A DNA stretch of 64,000 nucleotides, taken from Antedon mediterranea. Lineage: Eukaryota; Animalia; Echinodermata. The notes under the pieces are model-generated. The model was given only the letters and a program-made list of their open reading frames with translations. It was not told where the DNA came from and searched no databases. The stretch is from the NCBI RefSeq assembly GCF_964355755.1, contig NC_092679.1, forward strand, positions 9,640,201-9,704,200, read 5' to 3'. Position 1 is the first letter of the stretch. Every line of letters begins with the position of its first letter. Both the position numbers and the translations under genes were made by a program. Of this stretch, positions 63,325 to 64,000 are shown piece after piece.

Positions 63325-64000
63325 TCAATCAACTGGCACCAACTGCACTAGTTTGTGCACAGGTCTTTCCAGCACGGATTGTCGTCGTCCAACGAAGACT
63401 GAAACCTTTCTTACGAGCCCGTCGTCGCTTGGATGCAGTGCAATAACCTTGGCTAATTCCCAGATGTTACGTGGAACGTTGTCTCCCTTCAAAAGCACTA
63501 CGTCGCCAACTTTTAAGTTTCTCTTTGGTGACGTCCACTTTGACCGTGACTGCATTGACGATAAGTATTCTTTTCGCCATCTACACCAAAACTCGTTGGA
63601 TAAGTGTTGCACTCGTCTCCATCGCCGTCTACAGTACATATCAGCATTCTGAAAGATACCTGGTGGAGGAACTACAACTTTATGTTTTAAGGTTAGAATG
63701 TGATTAGGTGTTAGCGGTTCCATTGAATTTGGGTCATTTAAGTTGTTAACAGTAAGGGGCCTGGAATTTACAATGTTCATGACTTCGGAAAGCAACGTAC
63801 GAAAACATTCATCATCCAACTGGTTACCATGTATGTTGAGTAGAGGAGCCAAAGCATTTCTCACAGTACGAATTTGGCGTTCCCAAATTCCTCCCATATG
63901 GCTGGCGGACGGGAAGTTAAATTTGAAATGGATATCACAACCTTGGCCCACAAGATATTTCTTGACCTCGTCTTCATTTACGTTTTGCCATTCATTTCTG
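63325..64000 (-). CDS. pol: BEL/Pao pol C-terminus: integrase core end plus DUF5641-type domain (partial)
   Basis: FNFPSASHMGGIWERQIRTVR, EVMNIVNSRPL, PLTPNHIL, RRWRRVQHLSNEFWCRWRKEYL, LKVGDVVLL, DDGLVRKV, RPVHKLV. The frame stays open to base 64000. Confidence 0.93.
   Translation of the reverse strand, partial: RNEWQNVNEDEVKKYLVGQGCDIHFKFNFPSASHMGGIWERQIRTVRNALAPLLNIHGNQLDDECFRTLLSEVMNIVNSRPLTVNNLNDPNSMEPLTPNHILTLKHKVVVPPPGIFQNADMYCRRRWRRVQHLSNEFWCRWRKEYLSSMQSRSKWTSPKRNLKVGDVVLLKGDNVPRNIWELAKVIALHPSDDGLVRKVSVFVGRRQSVLERPVHKLVQLVPVD

Larger units (their letters stand above)
62793..64000 (-). mobile_element. 3' end of a BEL/Pao LTR retrotransposon; extends past the window edge
   Basis: On the minus strand: integrase at the end of pol, 3' UTR, polypurine tract, then a TG...CA LTR abutting the satellite. 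Confidence 0.92.

Noticed and set aside
63353-63707. Plus-strand ORFs 63353-63652 and 63471-63707
   Set aside because: Antisense shadows of the integrase ORF.

Overview
Eukaryotic (probably invertebrate animal) heterochromatin or centromere-like DNA. About 57 kb is one AT-rich satellite with an 88-bp monomer, all in one orientation, punctuated by a recurring 87+87+77-bp trio of variant monomers and by kb-scale block duplications. Two transposons interrupt it. (1) A 6,114-bp DNA transposon at 53722-59835 with TAG...CTA ends, a 3-bp ATT target duplication and ~0.6-kb near-perfect inverted repeats. Its minus-strand spliced gene fuses a DDE-type transposase, an XPG/FEN1-like nuclease and a Cys-rich finger, matching the Academ superfamily (AcademX lineage). 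This copy has a 1-bp homopolymer frameshift and an apparent 5' internal deletion. (2) The 3' end of a BEL/Pao LTR retrotransposon from 62793 to the window edge. I see no host genes, RNA genes or CRISPR arrays. Both transposon classes are already described; the most unusual observations are the sequence shared between the Academ end and the satellite, the asymmetric tips and the layered satellite structure. Family calls come from motif recognition, not database searches.
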